Origin: Nemertoderma westbladi
Taxonomy: Eukaryota > Animalia > Xenacoelomorpha
Assembly (NCBI GenBank): GCA_032718475.1
Contig: JAUCBJ010005288.1
Coordinates: 1 to 33,459 of the forward strand
DNA length: 33,459 nt
Direction of reading: 5' to 3'
In this document: piece by piece, positions 12,588 to 24,130 of the stretch
Position numbering within the stretch: the first letter of the stretch is position 1
Layout of the letters: every line of letters starts with the position of its first letter
Notes under the pieces: model-generated
Told to the model about the DNA's origin: nothing
Seen by the model: the letters and a program-made list of their open reading frames with translations, nothing else
The model's database searches: none
Program-made: the position numbers and the translations under genes

Positions 12588-13559
12588 ATACGTAACAGGG
12601 CAACCTGAAACGTGATCCCCTATTCAGCTACTGACAATTTACCTAACAGACAGTTAGGTAAATATTATATTTCTTTCTCCTGATTGGTTATAGGATCAGA
12701 TGCTGTCAGATCAGATCTGATAAGGACAGACGTTTTATTCTACCTCCTCTGTACAGACGTACAGCTGTAGTCTGTAGGCCTACCTAACTCATACCTGCAT
12801 ACTCAAATTAGTTGATTAGGATAGGTAGTAGGCCTACAGAATACTGCAATAGGATCTATTTATAATTGATTTAATTGTTGTACCGGTTGGCAAGGCCTGC
12901 AGGCCGCAAATGAAGTGCAAAAATCGCAACGCGCTGTGCGCGTACCGGTATTTGAAATAGTGCGTGGTAAAAGCGCACGGAATTGAAATAAAAGTGCAGA
13001 AGTTCGCGAAATTATATGAAAGACAACAAAAGTGAGCAGTAATCTGTGCAAAAGATCAAACAGTATGGTGAAATGCCCAGATCGGGAAAGTGAATTTCTT
13101 GCCCAATGCTGCAATGAGGCAAGTATGGTTTGACACTATTGCCCAATGTGGAAATATTTACTTGCCTGATTCGGATAGTTTAACTTCAGGTACCGGAATG
13201 AACCCAGAACATTATAGATATAGTCAAGTCATAGGTACCGGTAGGCTACTCAGTTCATGTAGGCCATCACACCTACGGTATTTTAACAATCTTTAATAGC
13301 CTAATTTGTAATTAAGATAAATCACCAAGTCATAATAAATCTAAGAAAGTTTGTATTTTTGTTCATCGGCCTCTAGAAGAAATTATTGGTTTGAACTTAA
13401 ATGATATATTTATTATACTGTGTTAAATAATATTAATTATGGCTTCAACTAGCAAGTTTCAGTGTTGTAAAGTCATTACTCATTGAATAATACAAGAAAA
13501 TGCATCTAAAGATAAAGATATTGCTTGGCCTCACTATTATGTATTCAAGAAAACGAATA

Positions 13560-16500
13560 AAAAAAATGAAGAAAGGTGTAATAGAGTGTAGAGTACATGA
13601 TTGACAATCGTCTAATAACAAAGTATGATCAACGAATTTGTTCAACATGTCATTATTTTTACTCGTTGAAGTTAAACCTTTCACGATACCCTGATGTCAA
13701 TCCTATTAATCCTGTCATGGTTTCATCTGAATCTAGCAGTGGCGATGTGCCGAGTTGCTCTCAAACTACGGAGTTGCCAACAAGTACCGGTAGTGGCACA
13801 AGTAAAAACGTTGATAAAGGCACAGTTGAATTTTTTGCATCTTTAATAAAAAACGAAAAACCCAAAATACCCCAAAATACTGACTACTGAGGCATTTATT
13901 GAAGATCTGCACTCCATCGATTACGAAAATTACATACCCGATTGTATCGTGCGCACATTATTATTAGAACTCTTCGACACCAAGGATAAGCTGAAGAACT
14001 TGTACCTGGCAAATAAAGTATTCGAATTTTTGATGTTGTCGCAGGATGCCAAGTATGTTGGGAAAATTCACACCCGGGAACAGTTAGTCATGTACACCGT
14101 GGATAACTCGAAATTTAGCTGCATTCTTCGCGCTTCAGGTTCTCCAGCACCATCATACCGGAAAATGATTGATATATGGAATAACTCTACTAACTGAAGC
14201 GTTAGACTTATTTTCTACTAACCATGACTTATCAGTCGCAGTCGATAATAATCAAAAAATAGGGCGCACCTGGAATGTTTTTCAGAAGGGGGTGCAGATA
14301 AGATAAGTTACTTCTGTTATAAGCATTTATACTCCTTCAACTGAGAACATACAATTTAGCAACATTACTTATGCAGAGCAGACCTTGGGGCAGATTCAGG
14401 TAAGAGTGATTGGTTGAAATTTACTGAAAAGTATGACTCTATATATAGAAATGTTCGACAAGAATTTGTACGGTCGGAGATTGCAACGCTTCTTCGTGAG
14501 ACCGATGCAAGTTCGTTTAACGATGGCAGTTACAGCAAACTTCACAAGTCTACAACTAAACCAATGGCGGATTTCGAGATAAATATCCATAAACCTTTAT
14601 ATTTCGATCCTGGAAGCTATTCTACTGTAGAGTTGATGATTGATCATATATTAGTAGAAACAAACATTACAACTGAATTAGAGACTCAACACCGAAGGCA
14701 CGTTAATTTAGAAATGGATGGAAGTCCCTTTGGTTTGGTCTTAAGTCTAATACACGAGCAACATCCTGAATGGAGCGACTACCTCCTATTAATGCCTGGC
14801 CTTGGTCACATTGAGCATAACATGTTAAAAAGCGTTGGAAACTTTGGTTGGAATATCGTATTCCAACACTTTGCACTAACAAATGGCTTCATAAGTGATA
14901 TAGCATTGCTATTTTTTAAATCAATGAATGACAAGAGCTATGAGTCTCTAGTAGGGCTCGATCGGAGTTGGGATTTGGCCGGAGCCGGAGCAGGAGCCGG
15001 AGTTGGACAATTTGGCCGGAGCCGGAGCAGGAGCCGGAGTTTTTCAAAAATTTTAAAAATTTAATTATTTTTAAAAAAAAAATAAAGTATGGTTATCGTT
15101 CGCCAATCGCTCATAATCAATCATACTGTAGGTCTAATTAATAATTAATTTCATAATTTATAGATTTACGAATTTTCAATTTAAAATTTAAGTAATTAAT
15201 TTATCACGGACAGACGTCCTGACGCTGACCGCTGACGGCTAAAATTTACCTACAGTACCGGTACCTAACTCACTAACAGTGGTAGAGGTGTGTACTGTAG
15301 GTAGCCTACCGTACGTGTACCAGTCAGCCAGTACTGCAGTACAGTATGCTGGCATGGCATGACAGCAGTAAATGGCTGCAGTGGTACAGCTACAGTCTGA
15401 CAGTGTACATTCATAGCATTTACAATTTTTACAGTAGGGCCTATCTGTAATAGTCTGCTAGTCAGCCAGCTGGCCAGTACCAGTACTGCAGTACAGTCAG
15501 TCAGTAATTGACTTAGTAAATAACTAAGTAAACTAAGTAAATACTGCGGTATTATGCTTGATATTGAAGCTGTACTACAGTACTTACTTCAGTCAGTCAG
15601 TACTTATAGTGTAAATAATTGTTCAGATTAGAATATGCACGAAATATAATACTTTATTAAAAAATTAACTCCGGCAATATTTTTACCGGAGCCGGAGCAG
15701 GAGCCGGAGGTGCCAAAATGGCCGGAGCCGGAGGCCGGAGCTCCGATCGAGCCCTAGTCTCTAGATATAATTTTGCATGGACTAGCTCGCGAGTTATTAC
15801 GCCCATTTATTAATGATGAATTAGCTAAAGATAATAACTATACACTTGAAGCTTTAAACAAATTTCTTTCAGTGTCAAAGGGTTTGTGTGACATACAAAT
15901 GTTTATTTAGTTTCAATTTCACTGTCCTTCTATCAATAAAGGTCATGCGTATAGGGACAAGGAATGGTGATTTCGACTTGATAGTTGCAGCTATGTATAA
16001 ATTCTCTCCAGTTTTTTTCACTCGGCGCAACTATACTTATCAACGTATAACGGCTTACTTCTAATTAGATTGGATGAGAAGTTTGTAAATTTCTTGAAGG
16101 AACGAGTCTCCTTGGATAGAACAGGCCGCGGAAAGGGACAAGGGCTAGATTATCTGTTAGAAGAAATTCACAAACTTATAAAGGCACTCACACCCAGCTC
16201 AATGCCTTCAAATATAGAGAAGTGGGAAAAACTTTACGCTTCAGTGAAGCCGCTTGCCAAATTAAGGGACACTGTATTTAAAGAAATTGGATCACGGGAT
16301 CCAAAATTATCAGCAGAACAAAACATCAACTACGGATCTTCATATCTATAAAGTATGAATACTTGTTTGTTTGATTGGCAAGAAACTATCCGCCAGGCGG
16401 ATATAATAAATCCTCATGGTGAATCTACTCAACCTGAAGGATTTTCCTCAAAATTGGCATATGAGCACATAAATTTTTATCAGAGAGGATGGGAACGAAT

Positions 16501-16759
16501 TTCATCGGCTGTGACAAATATTCTTGAACACAAACCTAACTATACCTTTGTTGCTAAGCAACCCGTTATACCTATAACTGATAACGAAGGCCAAATTCTA
16601 AACAATATTAATAACTGGACCAAAGAACAGCTGATCGATTTAGCCAAAGAGTTGATTGGGGAAACAGATATGCCGAATTCAGCTGTTTTACAAGCCCGCC
16701 TCAAGGCCGCCAAAACAAAAGATGACTTAATTGATTTAGTTAAAACCTTACTGAATTAG
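13560..16759 (+). pseudogene. Academ/DUF6589-like transposase, disrupted by stops, frameshifts and a MITE
   Basis: Motifs in order: VAVDNNQKIGRTW (14244), PLYFDPGSYSTV, LEMDGSPF, PGLGHIEHNMLK, ELLRPF, GRGKGQGLDYLLEEIHKLIK. The start position is uncertain. Confidence 0.65.
14952..15756. mobile_element. Complete 805-bp hAT MITE
   Basis: Perfect 16-bp TIR TAGGGCTCGATCGGAG / CTCCGATCGAGCCCTA. Perfect 8-bp TSD GTCTCTAG (14944-14951, 15757-15764). GCCGGA subterminal repeats. Confidence 0.97.
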
Positions 16760-17557
16760 ATAGTGGTAGTGACTAAGTCTGTAAGTGATGGTGAAGGTTA
16801 GAAGTAGGATAGCCGCCATGACTGAATACAATTAAAATATTGTTTGCAATATTTAGTAGTAAAATAAAATAATTATGCAATATTCTGATATTATATATAT
16901 ATATAATTATATGCAACAATATAATGTACGGTATATAACTGTATAAACAATATTAAATATAACAATATTATATTTTATCAGTCCACCTCCAGTCTCTAAA
17001 AACGAAATTCCCATTTCGTTTTATTTACCAAATGCACTGTTGCGCCGAATATTCTTACTCCGAGTTTTTTTTGGTGTAAGGTAGTTATTTATATTCCGCC
17101 GAACTTTACTTCCCGGACAGTGCGTTGGGCAGTAGAACTTAATTTTTAATTACAACACCAACTTTCATTCGTTGTTTTATCATATATTTTTTATATTTTT
17201 AATTAATTTTATTTCATTTTTTAACAAACCTTTTTTACAAACGAGGTTTTAAATAATCTCTATGAAATCAAAGATATGTTATACCTATTATATGTAAAAC
17301 CTTTTAGTGTAATCTACTGATCCTCCAATTTTTATTCAACATATAATTATTTTACTTAGAGGTTAAACTTTTTTTTTTTAACTATTATTCGCGAACTAGT
17401 AGTTTTAACCAGATTTTAACCATTACATATGCTATTTTAAATATAATTTATGTAGTTCTAACATAACTTATTTACATATATCAACGTACTTAGATTTATT
17501 TTGTATTATTGTTCGATTGTTGATTTTACTTGTACAGGTTCAACAAGCTTAGGCTTT

Positions 17558-18463
17558 CTAATACCTTAAACATTAAACATTGAGGGCCTTTCTCAAGGCC
17601 GGGGTTAACCCAAACCACCAAGTGCATTTCTCATGCAACCAGTATTCGCATCTTTAGCAACCAATCCAAACCGAATTGAAGCGCTTGTCCTCTGGGCTAT
17701 CATAAATTACACCACATGTTGCGCATTTACGATCCGCCACTAACTCTCGCTGAGGCATTTCTACTACTTCCTTTTCCGGGGAAAGATTATCAAGATGTTG
17801 TAATTCTGGTGTACTGCCACTGCTGCTGCTTCTTGATCCGGTTGATGTGTCAGGGGAAGTTACCGGTATGGTGCCATTCTGTTGCTCCCCTTACTGCTTA
17901 GTACTTCCAGTGTACTTTCATTGAAGTTCTTACGGTTCTGTCTCACTAAAACCGTTATCATCCCATCGCCCACGGGAGAAAGTGCAGTAAACCGTTCTAT
18001 TCGCTTCTCCTCCACAGATTTAAATTTTGACACGAACTGATGGAGCCGTTGATTTTCAAATTTTCCCATTGGCATTTTGCCAACATGATGATGCTCCGAT
18101 TGACCAATATTACTGGATTTAGAGCCAATTCTATTTTCTTTACATGTAGATCATTCTTGATTTACTCTACATCTCAATTTGGACAAACGTTCTTTCTCCT
18201 TTTTATCCCCAACCCCAATCTTCCGTACTTCCACGTCGGATAGTTTTTGTATGGTCTGTAACTTCCAAGCCGGAATTAGAACTTCATCGTTGTCCCTTGT
18301 CAGTATCAATTTCGCAAGGTGGTTCCAGTACTATTGATTCCGGTACAACATTTCGAATTTCGACAATTGCCCCTCTTAATGTTAATGTTAATGCTCGGGA
18401 ATTACCCTCCTCATGACTTTCTCCGACTCCAACAATAGCCTCCAACGAATCCATATCCTCCAT
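17558..18463 (-). pseudogene. Decayed second ORF ending in a PHD-type zinc finger
   Basis: Begins MEDMDSLEAIV at 18463. 17725-17561 reads CATCGVIYDSPEDKRFNSVWIGC*RCEYWLHEKC...*CLRY. Not in the ORF track because of in-frame stops. Confidence 0.7.
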
Positions 18464-19384
18464 ATCTACTAAAATTCAGAACCGGTTTGAAGTACCTACC
18501 ATACGGCCGTCTGGCCGTAGGTACTTACTGAGATTGCTGGATTGGGAAAGTTAACGATTTCAAAATTGCCTGATCGGGAAATATTGTAATTGCCAGATCG
18601 GGAAATAACAAAGTGTTAAGGTTAGGCTGAATTATTAAAAATCTGAACAATTATTTTTCATCAAAGTAAAATAATACAATAAAGTAAATCCTGATCGTTC
18701 TGCTAGATGTCGTGTAAAGCTGCGCAAAATAGTTACTGAATGCGCAAGTGTAAAAATGCTCAAACTTTCTCGATCGGGAAAGGATACTTGCCCGATCGGG
18801 CCATTTTACCATATTTCCCGATCGGGGCATTTCACCTGACTGTCAAAGGTCGTAAAGTGCGCGTACAGGCTGACAGGTGGATGAGGTGTAAAAAAGTTTA
18901 CATGCATTCAATGTCAGAAAAATAATTTGCCACAAAAAATTTCGCTCGCTTCGCTCGCGTTTTTTTTTACATTTTGCACTGTTAGAATTAAAAAATTTCG
19001 CCCACTTTGAGTTTTGCTCACGTTTCTTTTTCATTTTGCACTGTTACAGTGTTAGAATGAAAAAATTTCGCTTTTTCAGGTTTGGCTCGCATTTCTTTAT
19101 CATTTTGCTCGTTTCGCACGCGTATGTTTTTCGTTTAGGCCTACATCTGTACATTGGTAAAATCAAAATGTGGTGTGCAGTGCATGCGCCCATCCAGCCA
19201 TGCGCGGTATATTGTCCAATATTGCGTGGCTGAAAAATTGTGCGCAGGCATTGTGCGAGGTTCAGTGATGGTTTGCAGCCTGGCCGGTAGGCCTACTGGT
19301 CTGTCGGTCAGTCAGTCAGTAGTAGTAATTATTAGCTCTAGTTGTCTAGGTCCCTGTGTTGCATATATCTGTATATCTTACATT

Positions 19385-19518
19385 ATGGGTGATGATACAA
19401 CGCACACAAAGCGGTTGGCTTCTAAGAAGCAAACTCTGGATGATGCCTATGCGGCTCCAGCTAACTTTCTCGAGATTGATATCTCAAATCCAGAGACACA
19501 TGGGTTAGCTAAAAAAAG
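19385..19518 (+). CDS. SNX3: Sorting nexin 3/12, coding exon 1
   Basis: MGDDTTHTKRLASKKQTLDDAYAAPANFLEIDISNPETHGLAKK, then an AG|GT donor at 19519 (phase 2). Confidence 0.95.
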
Positions 19519-19756
19519 GTATTTTATTTAGACCTATTACAGTATTAGGTTGGTTCACTTGTTTTGTTTTATATTTAGGGCCTACCGGTCTGCCGGTATT
19601 ACATTTTTCTGTATTTTGTGTAAGATTATTGTGATTAATTAATACCTAATTAATAATAAATAATTATGACCTAGCTAGCAGCGTAGGTCTGTAGGCCTAT
19701 GTTACATTTCTATGATTGAATAATGGTCAATTTCTCCTTTATTTAAGAGAAAATTA

Positions 19757-19838
19757 AAGAGAAACACGAACTGATGATAATACAGTAGGTAATACTGTAG
19801 TATTACCTACTGTATTATCATCAGTTCGTGTTTCTCTT
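19757..19838. repeat. Perfect 40-bp-arm palindrome in the SNX3 intron
   Basis: AAGAGAAACACGAACTGATGATAATACAGTAGGTAATACT-gt-exact reverse complement. Confidence 0.95.
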
Positions 19839-20624
19839 AACCTTGAAGATGTTCTTCCTTATTTTTAATATTTAATATTTTAATTTAATAAAAGTTGCAA
19901 TCATTTTTATGTAAACTAGAATAGACACCTCTTTTGGGTCTCGTGACTTATTGATTGATATTTTCGTATACCGGTACCGTATGGCTATTCATCGAAATAT
20001 TTTATTTATTCGGTGATCAAACCTCTGAACCTACTTCGAATCCCACAAATTTTTTAGATTAGATCCTGATTGTTTAGGCGGTAGGGTTTTTTATTTTTTT
20101 TTTTAAACATTTTTCAAAACTTGCATGCACATGAATAAATTGTAACTAAGTACAGCAGTAATAATTGGAGTGATTCAAATAATTAGTAAATTACGGTAAA
20201 TGAAAAAAATATTATGAATATATTTGACTTGATGCATAGTAAAGACGGAGGGTGATCGGGAAGGCCCATTTCATCAACCAGTGGATAGACAATAATACTG
20301 TAATAGGGTTAGATATAGTTATGGTCATGGTTTAGTTTTAATTATGGTTTGTCCCTTGCCGTCAAACACTAACCAAATAAAACAATATCTGAGTCGATGT
20401 ATTGTGTACTAACTGACTGATCTCAGAAGTGCAGAAAATATTCGTCACGAACTAATTATAATTAATTACAATTAGGCCTAGAGTCGAAAACGCCTATAAG
20501 AATCGTGTACCTGTGTACCGGTACCTTTAGGGGTTTTATAGAAATTGTTTTGTGGAAAAATAATGATTAATACATAGATTATTATATGATAAGCTTCTAC
20601 ACTTTTGTATAACATTCCGCATAG

Positions 20625-20979
20625 ATATACCGACTACGAGATACATCTCCGAACGAACCTGCCAATATTTAAACTAAAAGAGTCTACTGTGCGGCGTCGA
20701 TACAGCGACTTCGAGTGGTTGAGAGCGGAACTGGAACGGGACTCTAAGATCGTAGTACCTCTACTGCCGGGCAAGGCGCTCTCCCGACAGATGCCGTTCC
20801 GAGGAGACGACGGAATATTCGACGACGACTTTATCGAGGAACGACGCGCTTCGCTAGAAACATTCATTAATAAAATCGCCGGTCATCCTTTGGCTCAAAA
20901 CGAAAAATGCCTTCATATGTTCCTCCAAGAAGACACAGTGGATAAAAATTACGTTCCTGGTAAAATTAAAACCATGTAA
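20625..20979 (+). CDS. SNX3: Sorting nexin 3/12, coding exon 2 (PX domain)
   Basis: CATAG acceptor at 20624; YTDYE..RTNLPIFKLKESTVRRRYSDFEWLRAELERDSKIVVP..LPGK..GIF..FIEERR..FINKIAGHPLAQNE. The spliced CDS is 489 nt = 162 aa + stop. Confidence 0.97.
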
Positions 20980-21589
20980 TTTGATAGTTTAGCGTTATTC
21001 TCCGCTTACTTCTTTATGTTATACAGAAACATCCAGATATTGTATCCTGCGAACATTTATCAGTATCACCGCTCCTCAATTCATTTCAGTTCAATTATTT
21101 AAGGAATATTGGATTTTATGGACGAACCTGCGTATATAATTTTTCTCGTTGTCTTACCATTTTTCCCAATTTGTATAATTATGCTTGTTTTTTTTTATAT
21201 AGCGTAGTGGATAATTCGGTATAATTAATTAATTGTTTTCATTAAATAACGTAATTATTGTTGATCTACCGTATATTATGTCACAACCCTCTTTATCCTA
21301 CTTTAATTCTCGAAATAAATAAATTATTGTAACAAATAATTGAAAATGCTACCTTTCGTGCTGATAACGAGTTCAACCGAAAGTAATCTTTACCTTTATT
21401 TGTTTTAAAGGGAAAATAATACAGTTAAACAGTTTGATTAGAAGTATAACAACATGACTGGGGCCTTCTTGCGGCATAAACGTAAGCCATCATTAGCGTT
21501 ATCATTGTTATGGGGCTATTTATTGGCCTATAATAACATTAATATGAATTAATAATATGAATTTATATAAATAACACGGGTTGCCGGTT

Positions 21590-23095
21590 GGGTCAATGCC
21601 AACCATATTGACCAATGTCGCAATGTCCCGTAAGTGATTTTTGAAATTTGTTGAATTTTGAAATTAACTTTGAGAATTTGCCATAGTGATCATTTCTGCA
21701 TATGAAACCAGAAAGTGCCCCAAAACATTTCTTGGCCGTTATTGAGAGAAACGTTCCTGAATGAAAAAATTGAAACAATTTTTTTGTCACATATGGGAAA
21801 TTTATAAATATTTTTTTCGTACTTTATTTCCATTTGAAGTAACAGTTTTACTTTGTGGGAAACTTTGCCGTGAAAAGTTGGGCTAAATATTTTTTCCCGT
21901 TAATAACAATGTGATTCACAAAACTGTTGCATATGGTCAACTGAAAATCGTTATTTTATATCAAAAAATTAATTTGAAAATTTAAATAGACAGTTTTAGA
22001 TGTCATGTATGGGACATATTGATATGGTATAGAAAGGAATTTACATGGAAACTGACATTTATTTTCCAATTAAAAACAAATCATAAAATTATTCTTCAAA
22101 CAACTCCTCCGTACTAGAATTATTACATCCCACTCTCAACTGCTGTCCCAATCTCAAAACCCTTTCCGCAAAATATTTATTTTGGTAATAAATTAATTTG
22201 GTCTGTTTTGTGTGTGTGTGTGTGTGTGTGTGTCTGGTTACAGTTTATCTATGAATGGTAAGCCCCCAACCATTAATTAAATGTAAGTAATTAGTTGTTT
22301 AGACCATGATTAACTTCTGCCCCCAACACAATGTCAAGTATGGGACATCCTGTCACGTTATGGGACATTTCAACCTGGACAAGTGAATGTTTACGTAGCA
22401 GACTCACTGATACATCCCATACATGGCGAAAGTATCTAAGAATTGGATGTGAATAAATGTAAATGTCTAAATCTTTATGAGTTCGCGTTTTCTGATAAAA
22501 AAAAACCCCCGTTAAGTATGGGACACTTTTTTGGACACGCTCACGCAATTTATTCATATGAACTGCTAAACCACCAAAAATTGCCAATCTAACTGAAACA
22601 CATGGAAGAATATTAGTGGGAGTGTTAATACATCGGGTTAATGGCCCATATTGGACAATTTATATGCTATTAAATTAATCATTTACCGAGTGTCACGTAT
22701 GTGAGAAAAAATCGGACCACGTTAAATTTTTTTTGTATTTCTGATATCTCAAATTTTCTTCGAAGTTACGTTTATTTGTTCACAGGAATTATACTCAGCA
22801 GGGGTTTTAATCGTTTGACACCTGAATTGTAATTTTAATTGCCAAAATAAACCCGTAATCAGATTAACAAAATTTGAAAAATGTCCCGTAAGTGACGATT
22901 TTTTTCTTTTAATTTGTTGTAGCCTTTTCTATAATAAATAAGCTGTTGGGAGTGTATCACAGTAGGAGGGGACCGATTATTGTGTATTCGGCAATCAACT
23001 TATCAAAGCCAACCGACTATTCATTCTCGAATGATTTACATTTTGTATATTTTTTGTCCCGTACGTGACTTGGTCAATATGGTTGGCATTGACCC
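21590..23095. mobile_element. 1.5-kb non-autonomous TIR element
   Basis: 26-bp perfect inverted repeat GGGTCAATGCCAACCATATTGACCAA. Internal TGTCCCGTA(A/C)GTGA / TATGGGACA motifs recur in both orientations. No TSD was resolved. Confidence 0.85.
22209..22233. repeat. (TG)n microsatellite
   Basis: About 12 TG units. Confidence 0.9.
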
Positions 23096-23552
23096 GGCCC
23101 CCGTTATGGTCAATATAGTATTAACCGTTCGTTGATGGTACGCTTACCGCTCGCTGGTAAGAATGTAACTAACTAAGATTATCTACATCATTTAATAGGC
23201 CTAGTTAGTTTTTGGTTAACAGATAGCGAGGGGGGGGGGGGATTTGATTGCATCCACCCCACACTTGATGCAATCAAAATTAAATTATTCTCAAGAGTAA
23301 AATCAAGAGTACACGGTCTTGTACTCAGTACACAGTTTTGTGGCATATTTTACTTTTACCTCTGTAAAATTGGAACGGGAGAATGAAACAAATTAATATT
23401 TTGTGTCTATATGAAATATGCATGCTATTAAACATAAATTGAAACCAATTTTGAGAGAAAAATAATTTTATAATATAAATTAAATTTAATATAATTTAAT
23501 TAATTAATAAAAAAAAAAAAATATTAGAAAATGATCCTTGCCCCTTATTGAT

Positions 23553-24130
23553 TAGGGTTAAAAAACACGATTTTCAAAAACCAATTTGTTTAAAACGTTT
23601 TTTTGTTGTTTTTTTTTATGTTTTTTATTGTTTTTTATGTTCTACATATGTTCAGGAACCACCGCGACATCACTGCTCTTGGCCCCTCAGAAGCTTTGCT
23701 GCTAGCAGTAGGCCACAGCCTCACTTTCCCTTGCCTTAGCAGCTGCAGTTGACTCCAGGCAGCGATTGAATGAAATCAACATCAACTGGTTTACATGATA
23801 GTAACAATGTGTTGGCAAGCTGTTGGCAAGACCCCTAGATCCCTTCGTATAATAAAGGTTTACATGATGAGCGACGAGCCGGTTCTGTGCCTTGGAGTGC
23901 ATGAAGAGCTGGCGGCTGTTCAGTTCACCCGCTCAACTGAAAGCTTAGGCCTATTACTGTATTACTAAATATACAGTATATGGGAGTAGTGGTGTGAATT
24001 ATAGGTATACCATGCATTTATAGCTCATATTGTTTATGCAGTCTTTGTCTTAAAAAAACACTTTTTTTTTATCCGTAAGAAAAAAAACAAAAAAAACAGT
24101 GCTTCGAAACATGTGTTTTTTTTAACCCTA
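23553..24130. mobile_element. hAT-type MITE
   Basis: TAGGGTTAAAAAA(A)CAC termini; 8-bp flanks TTATTGAT / ATATTGAT (7/8 match). Confidence 0.8.

Larger units (their letters stand above)
13061..18842. mobile_element. TIR DNA transposon with an Academ/DUF6589-like transposase and a convergent PHD-finger ORF
   Basis: Left end CAGTATGGTGAAATGCCCAGATCGGGAAA; right end TTTCCCGATCGGGGCATTTCACCTGACTG (26/29 inverted match). TCAAA at 13056-13060 and 18843-18847. Subterminal TTGCCnGATCGGGAAA-like repeats at both ends. Confidence 0.75.

Noticed and set aside
13061-18842. True RAG1L/RAG2L (ProtoRAG) or Transib element
   Set aside because: The ends start CAG rather than CAC, and I recognise no RAG1 core or kelch motifs. 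The transposase motifs fit Academ/DUF6589 better. Only the layout is similar.
19154-19384. N-terminal extension of SNX3 in ORF 19154-19531
   Set aside because: It relies on a non-ATG start. Similarity to SNX3 begins at ATG 19385, which gives the canonical 162-aa length.
23243-23278. 12-bp-stem hairpin as a terminator or Helitron end
   Set aside because: No CTRR end at the expected distance and no prokaryotic context; an isolated hairpin of unknown meaning.
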